DNA from: a virus
Lineage: Duplodnaviria; Caudoviricetes
Reading direction: 5' to 3' (one strand)
DNA: 64,000 bases
IMG/VR virus record: IMGVR_UViG_3300032030_000047
Span: 23,624 to 87,623 of that record
The first letter of the stretch is position 1, and every line of letters starts with the position of its first letter. Both the position numbers and the translations under genes were made by a program. Under the pieces are notes generated by a model, which did not search any database, was not told the DNA's origin, and saw only the letters and a program-made list of their open reading frames with translations. Below, one piece after another: positions 31,013-41,100 of this stretch.

Positions 31013-31386
31013 GCGAACTCCCTAATTTCACAGATAGGAAGACTAAAAGCAGAGTAATAGGAATCAATAGATGCGCCATTGGTTGGAATTGTTTTAGGAT
31101 CGGATGTATCGGCGCCATCTGCATATACGGGTGTTTTATAAATCTTAACATCCCATTCATACCTATTACTTGGTTCTATTTCTAGTGTATCCTCATGTTC
31201 AAAAGGAATGTTGAGTTCTTCCTCTGTGATTGGATATTGTCTTTGATAAATTACTTCCTTCTTTAGTGGATCATAGATAGAGAAGACCGCTATATCTCCT
31301 TGCTCTGTCCCAGGAAGTAAAGGTAGAGTAAAAGTCCCCGTATCGCCGCGAGGAATGATTAAGCGTCGCTATATTACTCTAATCAT
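31009..31386 (-). CDS. BppU-N-like baseplate protein (125 aa)
   Basis: MIRVI*RRLIIPRGDT...YEWDVKI pattern; ATGA overlap. Confidence 0.6.
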
Positions 31387-31398
31387 ACTACCACCGCC

Positions 31399-31935
31399 TT
31401 ATTTATATTTCTTATGTAAAGCTTCTGAACATTTGAGTATTGCTCCAATGTCATAGCCTAGTGTTTCAAACTTTATCCATTTCTTTTGTGCCCATTCTAA
31501 TTCTTCATCTACATCGCAGATAAAGCATTCTACAAGCATTGCAGCCGCAACTTCACCAATAGAACATAATTCCTAATACATAGACTAATATAAAACTTTA
31601 GTTTCTTTTTCCCAATTTACCCATTTTGTAATTAAGTCTTTTACTGAATTACGCTTGGTGGCTACGTCTACCTCTGGCGTGGCATGTTTAAACCAATTTT
31701 CTGGTATAATTTTGGGCTGATTTAGTTCTTCTAATTTAATTAGCTTATGAAAATGAGTTGCGTAATAGTGTGAAAGTTTACGATAATTTTTGGTTTCACA
31801 GATATGATGATAATCATGGCATTTAGCAAAGCCATAAAAGCCCAAGAAATCATATGCTTTTGCCATATCATCATGATACATTATTCCTTCTACCATATGA
31901 GAAGCAAGTTTATTAAAGATTTCTTCTACTGTCAT
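31399..31935 (-). CDS. Ferritin-like four-helix protein (178 aa)
   Basis: H/E-rich helices (HMVEGIMYH...WE.ETK..Y...DV.EEL); continuous with TAG=Gln. Confidence 0.55.
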
Positions 31936-32147
31936 GATAACTCCTCCAGCCGCTATAAAATAGCATCAATTTTCTTATCCTAGTTTTCTAGGTGAGATTG
32001 TATCTCACCTAGAACGTTATTTAACTAGGAATTAAAATGTTCTTCAATTTCTTGTTTATCAGTTTGTTTAGTATTTTCATTTAAGTTTTGGAGGCTAATA
32101 AGAAAATCAAGAACATTTATTGTATCTACAAAGTTCTAATTCCACAT
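31932..32147 (-). CDS. Small coiled-coil protein (71 aa, several TAG)
   Basis: TAATG and ATGA overlaps at both ends under code 15. Confidence 0.65.
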
Positions 32148-32560
32148 TAACGAATCTGGGTTACAACTACATTAATATGAGCATCTGTAAGTGCGGTTTC
32201 ACCATTTAAAAACTGGAGGGTAGTTGGACTAGTGAGACAGTTACAGTTGCAGTTATTTTCAAGTACACGTACAAAAGTTTTAAAACCAAATGTGCGAGTG
32301 TCAGTTACTGCGGCAGGAACAAACGTTGTAATCGCCTGTGGCTGAGCTACATTATTTACATAAAGCTGTACAGTTACTTCAGTCGCGGCATCTGGAGTAG
32401 CAAAACCATCCATTTCTACTAGGTAAATACCACGTTTATTAAGTTGAATGGTGCTAGGAGCACTTAGGCTTTCGCCGCATCCCTTGTCTACGACTACGTT
32501 ATTGAATACGAATGGGGCATTAGCTTCTACTGCTAAATTGCTAGAATAAGTTTGTAACAT
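32147..32560 (-). CDS. BclA-C/TNF-like beta protein (137 aa)
   Basis: GAGGT RBS; IQLNKRGIYLV pattern. Confidence 0.55.
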   Translation of the reverse strand: MLQTYSSNLAVEANAPFVFNNVVVDKGCGESLSAPSTIQLNKRGIYLVEMDGFATPDAATEVTVQLYVNNVAQPQAITTFVPAAVTDTRTFGFKTFVRVLENNCNCNCLTSPTTLQFLNGETALTDAHINVVVTQIR

Positions 32561-32648
32561 TTCTATTACCTCCGTATAATAAAAAATAAGGGCGTACATA
32601 AGTACGCCCATTAGCTTATATGTTATGGTGTACTGAATACACTCTTAA

Positions 32649-33284
32649 TTACATATTGCATCCTCCACAGAATGGAGAATTACCGGCATTGTATGTCCAT
32701 CCCTGAGGATAACGAACAACACCATTTAGCTGATTCTGGAGTTCTAGCTGGTTGATACGATTCTGCATCGCTTCCATCTTGTCGTCCTTAATCATGTCTT
32801 TTAGTCCCTGAATCTGAGCTGTGAAGTTAGCATTAGTCGCAGCATCGCGCATTGCAGCATCATAATTGCTCTGCATGATAGCTTGTTTTGTTTCGCAGCA
32901 ACACTCGTTGAAGCGAGCAAGTTGATTAGCCTGACCAATAGCTAGGCCAGCGATATCACGCTGTAGCTCATTGTACTTGTCAGATAGGCCATTCATTAGG
33001 TCATGATATACCTGATTAGTAGTTGCTATGGACTGAGAAGCACCATAATTAATAGCCTGCATTAGGTCACGATTTTGATCCTGTAGATCATTGAAGTTGA
33101 ACCCATTCTGTACAAAGTCTTGGGTTGCATACTGTGGACGATAGCCACCGCCAAATCCAAAGCCACCGTTCATCATAGCGAGGATAGCGAAAAGCCAAAT
33201 CATTCCGCCCCAACCATTTCCGCCCATGCCATCGTTGTTGAGTAGGGCGACATCAGAAGCACTAAGTCCGTTTTCTCCCATCAT
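32649..33284 (-). CDS. Conserved Gly-rich/Cys-containing hypothetical protein
   Basis: AGGAGG RBS; GG-rich hydrophobic N-terminus, ATQ..VQ.GFNF, CCCE; TAG-free. Confidence 0.75.
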   Translation of the reverse strand: MMGENGLSASDVALLNNDGMGGNGWGGMIWLFAILAMMNGGFGFGGGYRPQYATQDFVQNGFNFNDLQDQNRDLMQAINYGASQSIATTNQVYHDLMNGLSDKYNELQRDIAGLAIGQANQLARFNECCCETKQAIMQSNYDAAMRDAATNANFTAQIQGLKDMIKDDKMEAMQNRINQLELQNQLNGVVRYPQGWTYNAGNSPFCGGCNM

Positions 33285-33464
33285 AATCTGCCTCCTTTTA
33301 AAAATATTTTTGTAAAGTACTATGATATAAAGGAAGAGATTGGATTACTCCAATCATATGATAGGTGATAATGAAACGACTAAACTTTAAAAAAATCTGC
33401 GGGAGAGTAAAAAAAATAAGTACGAATTTTTAATTCGTACTTAGGAAAATTTAAAAATTTTAAA

Positions 33465-34003
33465 TTATGAATTAATATTGGCTAATTTAAAAATTGTAAA
33501 TTCATTATGACCCCCTGCTGAATAAATACTCATTGGAAAAGTAGAAGAATATGCTCCAGCCACTATTTTATCGCCTACAGCACACTTATAAATTGCTGTA
33601 ATACTAGTTGATTGATTTTGATTTACCATATTCATTTCTAACTATGCACCAGAAGAATTTAAGTGTGCCACTGCGGTTCTACCACTAGTCATAGAATTTG
33701 AATAATTTGTAAAATTCGCAATATAAATTCCCGCTTTAGTACAAACAAATTGACCATTTGACCAAGTAGCCCCAATGTTTATTTCTTCAGTGTTGAATGG
33801 AATCCAACCAGTAAAAGATACATCTCCATTTGCGTCATAGTGTACTCTTGAAAAGATTATTTCTTCAAGCGCACCAATTCTATTGGTAGAAAAATCATTA
33901 AATTCATTTTGGGTTATCCCGCCCCCCCCTCTAAGAGACGAGCACTTTCTGCAAGAGCAGCATTAACTTGAGAACCTGTATAAGCTAAATTATATTCTCC
34001 CAT
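33465..34003 (-). CDS. C1q-like fibre-tip gene split by a G8 tract (G9 or a -1 shift gives 179 aa)
   Basis: MGEYNLAYTGSQVNAAL stops after the G8 run (33922-33929); the -1 frame encodes IPFNTEEINIGATWSNGQFVCTKAGIY. Confidence 0.7.
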
Positions 34004-34021
34004 TTATTTTCCTCCTTAGTA

Positions 34022-34070
34022 TTATGCAATACGTTCCCACATATATACCGCTAGATTGATAATTACTCAT
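34022..34070 (-). pseudogene. Collapsed relic of a paralog of 34089-34580
   Basis: MSNYQS fused out of frame to LAVYMWERIA*, matching the neighbour's N- and C-termini (MANY*S ... LAVYAW*RTA*). Confidence 0.6.
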
Positions 34071-34088
34071 AATTGATACTTCCTTTGC

Positions 34089-34580
34089 TTAAGCCGTACG
34101 CTACCAAGCATACACTGCTAAATATGGAGGTAAAGAACTTTCCGTGCCAGTATTTCCGTGGGTATGCGCCGCCCCACCTCCAGTATAACCAGTATATAAT
34201 TGGTCCTAGGCTGGAGTCGTATCATTTGACGCAACAGCATTCGCTATATGTCCGCTAAAATTCTAATCATCTGTGCCCGAGTGCCGAGTAACTGAATTGT
34301 GTCTATGACTAGGTATCTCGTTAATCGTTAATGTATGTGCTTGAGTAGTATGACTATGTGTCGCATTGCCACCAATGCTTCCTGCTGTATATGTATCTCC
34401 GGCACACAGCAAAAACTAATCTCGAATTCTTTCCCATGTACCTCCAAATAATGAGGATGGATCTGTTGAAGCAACACTAATATAAATTGCACCAACTGGA
34501 TATATTAAATCAATTAAACTCTGTCTAGTTGTATATAAATCGTGCTATGCACCCGTATAAGCACTCTAATAATTCGCCAT
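34089..34580 (-). CDS. Baseplate/tail fibre protein, Gp10-C-like (163 aa)
   Basis: IYPVGAIYIS...PSSLFGGTWE...LTINEIPSH...LPPYLAVYAW*RTA. Confidence 0.8.
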
Positions 34581-34662
34581 TGAATCACTTCCTATAAAAA
34601 GAATAAGAGGGACAAGAGTCCCTCTTATTTTAAAACATGAAGCTCTTGTATCTCGTCACAAG

Positions 34663-34950
34663 TCATGTATTTAACTGTTTAATAATTTGATTCAAATCCA
34701 CTCCATTCGCTTGTGCCATTTGTCTAGCTACTCCTTCCAATCCATTCGGATTAGCCTTCATCATCTGAACAATCTGAGCAAACTATGGATTCTATTGTAT
34801 CATTCCCATAAACGTTTGTTGAGGATTAGATGCCATTTTGAGTTGCTGCATCATTCCTTTAACTTGTTGTATAGAATTATCAAGTGACTGTGTCTGCCCC
34901 AACTGTTGTGGTTGCTGACCGTTTCGCATTTGACTTATTAGACTTGGCAT
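34663..34950 (-). CDS. Gln/Met-rich hypothetical protein (95 aa)
   Basis: GGAGG RBS; IQ*NP*FAQ in a Gln-rich context. Confidence 0.7.
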
Positions 34951-35293
34951 TTATCCATTCCTCCACTGCGGCTAAACGGGCCGCTAAGTCATTAGTATCT
35001 ACTTGCACTGGTGTTTGATGTGGCTTTACATCAAACCCCTGTACATTCTTATTTCCATTAGCATCTGTCCTAATCCACCATATAATATCCTAATCTGCAT
35101 CTGGCAAATAAATCTCGCTATTAGCGCCCATAGGGAATTGCCATGCGGCATTCTCGCCGTGAATTGGTGCCGCTGTATACACAGGCAAACGCTGTTGCTA
35201 CATAGGAAAATACGGATTATTATTATATGGAGTAAAAGATGCCCCGCCATTTACTAGTGGCTGCTAATTCTAAGTCTGAAAATAATTACTCAT
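34880..35293 (-). CDS. Hypothetical protein (137 aa, several TAG)
   Basis: GGAGG RBS; HGENAAWQFPMGANSEIYL...IIWWIRTD pattern. Confidence 0.65.
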
Positions 35294-35294
35294 C

Positions 35295-35558
35295 TTAATC
35301 CTCCAATTGATCCAGTAGCGCCAAAACCTCTTTTAACTTAGTTTTTAGTTCAGATAAACTTGACTTTTGCGCCGGATCATATAAAAACTTACTCATCATC
35401 CATCCCGTTTTACCATTTATCAATACTTTACTCCAGTCGTCTTCAGTTTCAAGTACATCGGCCGCTGTACCTTGCGGAATAGCAGTAATAATTCGCCCGC
35501 TAGGCTCTCTACGGAGCCTAACAGGGCCTGTATTGCCATCAACCTTCACTATTTTCAT
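35295..35558 (-). CDS. Bacterial SH3 domain protein
   Basis: VRLRREPS...IP.G...V...DWSKV...GKTGWM. Confidence 0.75.
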   Translation of the reverse strand: MKIVKVDGNTGPVRLRREPSGRIITAIPQGTAADVLETEDDWSKVLINGKTGWMMSKFLYDPAQKSSLSELKTKLKEVLALLDQLED

Positions 35559-35871
35559 GTTTGGATTCCTTCTCTTTGTTCATCTCAAAGACTTGCTCTT
35601 CAATAGCCGCGCTAACTACATCTTCATCAAAAGTTAAATGATACTTTGCGAGTAGCTGTTTTACTAAATCCATAGCATACCTTTTCTTATCTTTACCAGT
35701 TGTAATAGTGATAATCTGCTCTGCGGCAGAAACCGCTACACGAGAGAACTGGCGCAGAAGCTAAAGTTGCTGCGGAGTCAGCTTAGCCATTAGCCAAGGG
35801 CGAACAAAACTTACATAGACGCCAATTAGGATAATAATTGCGCCAATTATAATTTGAGTAATGTTTGTCAT
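35539..35871 (-). CDS. Holin, LL-H-like (110 aa, 1 TAG)
   Basis: N-terminal TM helix; AVSAAEQ...KKRYA...IEEQV. Confidence 0.75.
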
Positions 35872-35895
35872 TTCTCATTTCCTCCTTTTTCTTTT

Positions 35896-35924
35896 ATTAT
35901 ATCACATAAAATGTAAAAAGTCAA
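35896..35924 (-). promoter_or_regulatory. sigmaA-type promoter for the holin cassette
   Basis: TTGACT-17-TATAAT; the -35 overlaps the endolysin TGA stop. Confidence 0.7.
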
Positions 35925-36628
35925 ATATTAAGGAATTTCGTCATCATATAGCCTGTTTTACCCTGATAGGTAACTTTTGTCCATCCGGTATCTTCAAGCA
36001 CCTAAACACGTTCGCCTTTATCTACACGCGTTAGAACATTCGCGCTGGCAGATGGCGCAGAACGTAATGCTACTTTTGTGGCATTTACTACAGCACTACC
36101 AGTTACAGGTGCTGGAGCTGGAGTTGGAGCAGGCATGTCCCCATACTCAACGCCCTTAAGTTCGCCCCACTCAGCCCATTTAGAATGTGTAATTTCTGTA
36201 ATAATTACACCCACTCTCGTACCAGAAGCCTCAATAACTTTGCCCTCACCAACATACAATCCTACATGAGAACGATCGTTGCCATTCTTTAGCACGAAAA
36301 CTGCCGTACCAGGCTTCAATTCCTATCCATCAGAACGTTTCCCGTTTACTAACTTTCCCTACGCAACACAATACTTATTCCACATTGTGTTACTGCCGTG
36401 ATACATAAATCCTCCAAGTTGTTTAAATGCCCAAGTAAAAAGTCCGCTACAGTCCGCTACCATATGTCCGATCCAACGAGAACCATATAATCTAGCAGTT
36501 TCACCTGTTGCTGCATCTTGCTTTGCTTGAGTCCATTTTTCTCCTGCTGTGCCAAGTATGTACCCCCATTTATTATTATAGGCATACCAAAACTTATCAA
36601 TAAGGTCAGCCGTTTTCACTGTCGCCAT
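35921..36628 (-). CDS. Endolysin: NlpC/P60-like catalytic domain plus SH3 (235 aa, 3 TAG)
   Basis: ADCSGL, SHVGLY, VIEA catalytic motifs; PAPTPAP linker; C-terminal SH3. Confidence 0.85.
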
Positions 36629-36959
36629 CTTCTTCACCTCCATCTTCTTCTTCTTCTTCGTTTAACTTATTAGTTACCCGATTAATTATAGTTTTCAATC
36701 CACCTTTGTCAATCCAGTGAAGTAAAAACTTATCACTATAAAGATACTTCTCTCCTAAGCTATTAACCAAATATGTAGACACATTCGCCATCATAATTGT
36801 ATCCATCCCAACAATTGAAGAAGCAAATGCTTCTGCGGCGGAAGGGACAATTGCGATAGCTACGAGCGCAGAGAACCGATAAATGGCCCAAACCCAACAA
36901 ATAAATTTGCTAAGTTTCTTACTGTATTGTAGGGCCGCCGCAGCGACTTTGTTTGCCAT
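36606..36959 (-). CDS. Membrane protein, possible second holin
   Basis: Two hydrophobic segments, acidic tail, adjacent to the lysin. Confidence 0.55.
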   Translation of the reverse strand: MANKVAAAALQYSKKLSKFICWVWAIYRFSALVAIAIVPSAAEAFASSIVGMDTIMMANVSTYLVNSLGEKYLYSDKFLLHWIDKGGLKTIINRVTNKLNEEEEEDGGEEDGDSENG

Positions 36960-36964
36960 TTAAA

Positions 36965-37381
36965 TCACCTCAGTCTATAATGGGGTTTTTCTTCTCCAAA
37001 CATTTTCCATCGTAGTACATCGTCCAAAACAATACAAGCAGAAGCAAGTATAAACCATATAATGCAGAAAGGTACGCTACATTGATGCCAGAAGAAAGAT
37101 AAGCGTGAATAATGCCAGATATTAAGTTTTAATATAATATTAAGAATAATACCCGCAAATGCCTCACTAAAAATAGCAATACCCATACCAATTGTACACT
37201 ACTGGAAGAATGGCATATCCCATTCTATTTTTTCATTAACGCCGCCAATTAGTACGCAAATTAATCCACCTAGGACAAACACTGTCCAATGTAATAGACC
37301 GTCTTTCCATATACATTCAAGTGCATAATAGATTGCGCCAAAGATTAAAAATAAAATAATATCTTTAAGAAACCGTTTCAT
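36965..37381 (-). CDS. Four-TM membrane protein, CmpB/ABC-type-IV-like (138 aa, 1 TAG)
   Basis: GAIYYALE.IW...HW..F.LGG...E...G..LN..L.L.IW.YS pattern; joins two fragments. Confidence 0.65.
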
Positions 37382-38108
37382 TTTCAATCACCCTTAATAC
37401 TTCAGACTGATATTCGTCTGGAATTGGAGTTCCATAAGTAATTGCGGCAATTGCTTCTATTGTCTCAAGCGCATTGATATATTTTTTAAGCGCATTATAA
37501 TATGTTGTATGGTATACTCTATGCGCTGTTGCCGCAGAGACAATCTAATTAATTTCTTCTGCGGTAAAGAAAACACAATCTTCCCCATCTGCATGATATG
37601 GGATTATATCTTGAGTTTGCGCCATAGCGCTTAAACTCATTAGGTTAAGCTGGTCTTGTGTAGTAAGAGAGAAATGACGCGTTTCGCCATGTACATCTAA
37701 ATCAATTCCTTCTTCAATCGCACGGCGGCAAGCCGCGGACATTTCTGCAATCTTATGCATGCGTACAAATGCGATTGATTCTGCTTCTATTTCATCAGTT
37801 GACTCGGGTAAAGGTGGAATGTCATCTTCTTCTACCGGTAACTCTTCATCTTTTTCAATTGCATCCATATAGATTTGATATTCTGATTCAGAAATCTCTA
37901 TAACCTGTGCTTCAATATATGCCCTATCGGTTTTACAAGGCATCATCCAAGCGGCGCGGTAAGTAATTCCATCGTATACTACATATTCACCCTTTTTCTC
38001 ATTGCAACGTAAATAACTATGGCCAAGCGTAGAATAACGAACAAAATTAGCTGAAGATACCGCGCCGATCATCTTATTCTCAAAGGTCATTATCTTATAA
38101 TATTTCAT
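37365..38108 (-). CDS. Tail fibre assembly-like protein, DUF4376-like (247 aa)
   Basis: HFSLTTQDQLNL...YHADG..C...H..YH.TYYNAL...I.YG motifs. Confidence 0.65.
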
Positions 38109-38120
38109 TAACAACACCTC

Positions 38121-38153
38121 AAAAAGAGGAGGTAGGAATAAATCCTACCTCCT
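38121..38153 (-). terminator. Rho-independent terminator
   Basis: 11-bp perfect stem AGGAGGTAGGA/TCCTACCTCCT followed by a U-tract. Confidence 0.8.
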
Positions 38154-38158
38154 ATATA

Positions 38159-41100
38159 TTAGATCGTTAAGATTTGACTAAACTTCAAGCCGCGAGAATC
38201 AACTTGATTTGTTGTATTATTATTAACACCGGCTTTCTTTAAGACATAGCCAAAGTTGAAACCGTTATTAACAATTACTGAACGTGTCCAGTATTCATCG
38301 GCTTCGAGCCATCTACCAGCAGGAGCGCCTTGTGTAGATGCGCCTAATCTAGCATCAAAAGTCGTAGAAACGGGCTATAAGCCTAATGCTTGCATTTCTG
38401 CTGTAGTGACAAAAATGTACGTATAGGTTGAACCCGCCTTTTCCATTACATAAATATCTCCGCTGCGTAATTCGTTAGTCTTAATGTAAATACTATCTGC
38501 TACAGTAGTAGAAGATGGTACTACAGTACTAGAGTTAAGTTCTCTAAATACGCGCATACGATAATCGCCCTCGCCCCAAGAAATTGCTTTATTTGGGAAA
38601 CGTAGATTTAAGTAATACATAAAGTCGCTACTATTACTAGTATTTACAGTCCAACCATTAGCCTAATAATCATAGACAATAATATTGTCTAAATCTAGCC
38701 AAGGTAGCGGCGCAGGCATATTATTTTCTTCTAAATTTTTATATACAGAATCATTTATCAATACATGCGCTAAACTATATGGACGTATATAATCACGCGT
38801 AATGCCACCACTATTAGATAAGCTATAAGTAAAGCCCATTTGTGGATCATAAACCATGCTACCAATAGTATAGGCAGTTTCGTCTTTGCATAATATAGAT
38901 TGTAATGCAATTGGTAAACCACCAACGACACGCGTATTCATAATAGTATCTAATGAAGAATTGCCCCATCCAAAACCGTCACTCTATACTCTACCTTGAT
39001 AATAAGTGCCATAAGCAAGTGTAGATAGAGAAGCTAGGTTGATTGAACTCTTAGCCGTATTACCAATCGCGCGAACAGAAGTAGTGGCATTATCACTAAG
39101 ATAGGATAAACCATATGTAATTTGTTCATGCGGCCAGTTGGCTAAGCGCTTACATTCACCTTGACCTAAATCCTCGGGCCAATATTTCATCCAATAAATC
39201 GTGCCTTTACCATTGGAAACTTGGCGTGTTGCACCGTCTGTAGAATCAGCGCCACTACCTAATTGTCCAATATTAATATAGGCATCAGAATTATAATTCT
39301 GCCAATTAATTGGATATACAGCAACTTCAGAAGCTACATTAGAGCCATTTAGACCATAGTAAACATACAAGGTAGGCTCATTCGCGGGATGACGTAATAC
39401 AACCATATTTCTCATGCCTAGCGTTGTACTTGAGCCAATTTCTACAGACTAACTCGCCGCATTATACATATCTCCGAAACCAATACGAGGCCCAGAAATT
39501 GTATTCCCGGATTTTCCATAGAATAGACCAAAGCCATTCTTAATGCCGCTACTAATATCACTATAATAGCAACTGACAAGAGTGCTATAGTTTGTAGTAA
39601 TACTTTCTGTCATTTCCTCATTGAAGCAGAAATCTATGGCTAGTGTGAATGCATCATTATCAGTACGTAACGGTTGAATTGTGGTAGCATATGGTCTAAA
39701 GTTCGCACCATCAGTACGTAATGGAGTACTAACTAACTCAGTACCTTCTACTATACTATCCGCGCCCATAGTGCATATCATGCGATTTACACCAGTTTCA
39801 ATCTTATCACTGATGTTGTATGCATCTTTCATAGAGCCATCCATGGCAGATAGTACTGCTAGCTATTCAATAGAAAGATTGCTAGTATCTGCAAACAACG
39901 TATTAATGGAAATATTCTTTCCTTCAATCCAATTTGCATGAATTGCATAATAAGTATCCGCCGCGGTTGGATTAATATTGGTAGGTAATTTCTCCCAGCC
40001 ATTAAAAATCTTATATGTTACATAAGCGCCATTAAAGTTAATAGAGCAAGTTTCAAAATTGGCAGCATGAATTTCCTGTACTGTAGGAGCTTCTTGGTCA
40101 TATCCGCCGCCATAAGCAACTAGCCCAGGACTAGTCTTTACCAAACGTCCATCTGGCTCTTTATCTAAGTACCACTTAATCTAATATGTACGCGGTACCG
40201 CCCTAAAGTACGTAATAATACGTAAATTAGAGAAGACATAAGGAAGCCCGGTTTGAGAGATTGGCTAACTAGAGCTGCTTAAATGCCATCCTGAATATTC
40301 AATATATTCACTAGTAAAGTCATCTCGGCTACCAAAAATATAAGATTCACGTTCTGTCTAAGGCTTTGTCGGCATCTACGATAGAACACCAGTGGAATAG
40401 ATATCTGGTGCTGCGCTACCTTCATCTATATAAAGTGTAGCTAGAATAGTGCCATCATCGTGTTCATATGTAACCTTATATTTATTCTGCTTATTATCTT
40501 CATTGACTTGTAGATTTAACTGCGGCCAAACTGTCATGTAATTATCACGTTCAATTTCCGACCAGTCGCCAGTAACAGTAATTGTACCACCAAGAACTAG
40601 ATCATTACCAGCATCTTCTAGCTCAGTTTTAAACTCACTAAATGGTTCTAACGTTTGAATATCATCAATAGTTGCGGTTGAAAGTTTAAGTAAAGAAATC
40701 TCAGTTTCAAGACTATGCTTACTTATTATTGCAGTAGCAATATCTATCCAATCTACATCTTCTGAATAGTCACTATCATATACATATAGTTTGAATAGAG
40801 CACTATAATCTACATCACCGGCGCTATTAATAACTTTAAAGTCTGATAAGAAACGCGCACCATAGAGATTTAATGTGGTCATAGTAGAAGGAATATGTAA
40901 TGTTTCAATATTAGTATAGTCAGGCAAGGAAATACCAGTTATAGCAGTTCCCTCTGCCGTAACTTCACGAATATTGTTTGCATTATCTAAGCTGATGGTA
41001 CCGGCTACACTATGACAGTTCTTAAGATTCAAACGTTCAAGTAAAGGAATATTATCTGGTAATTTTAATTCTGTGAATTTAGTATTAATATAATTTGCAT

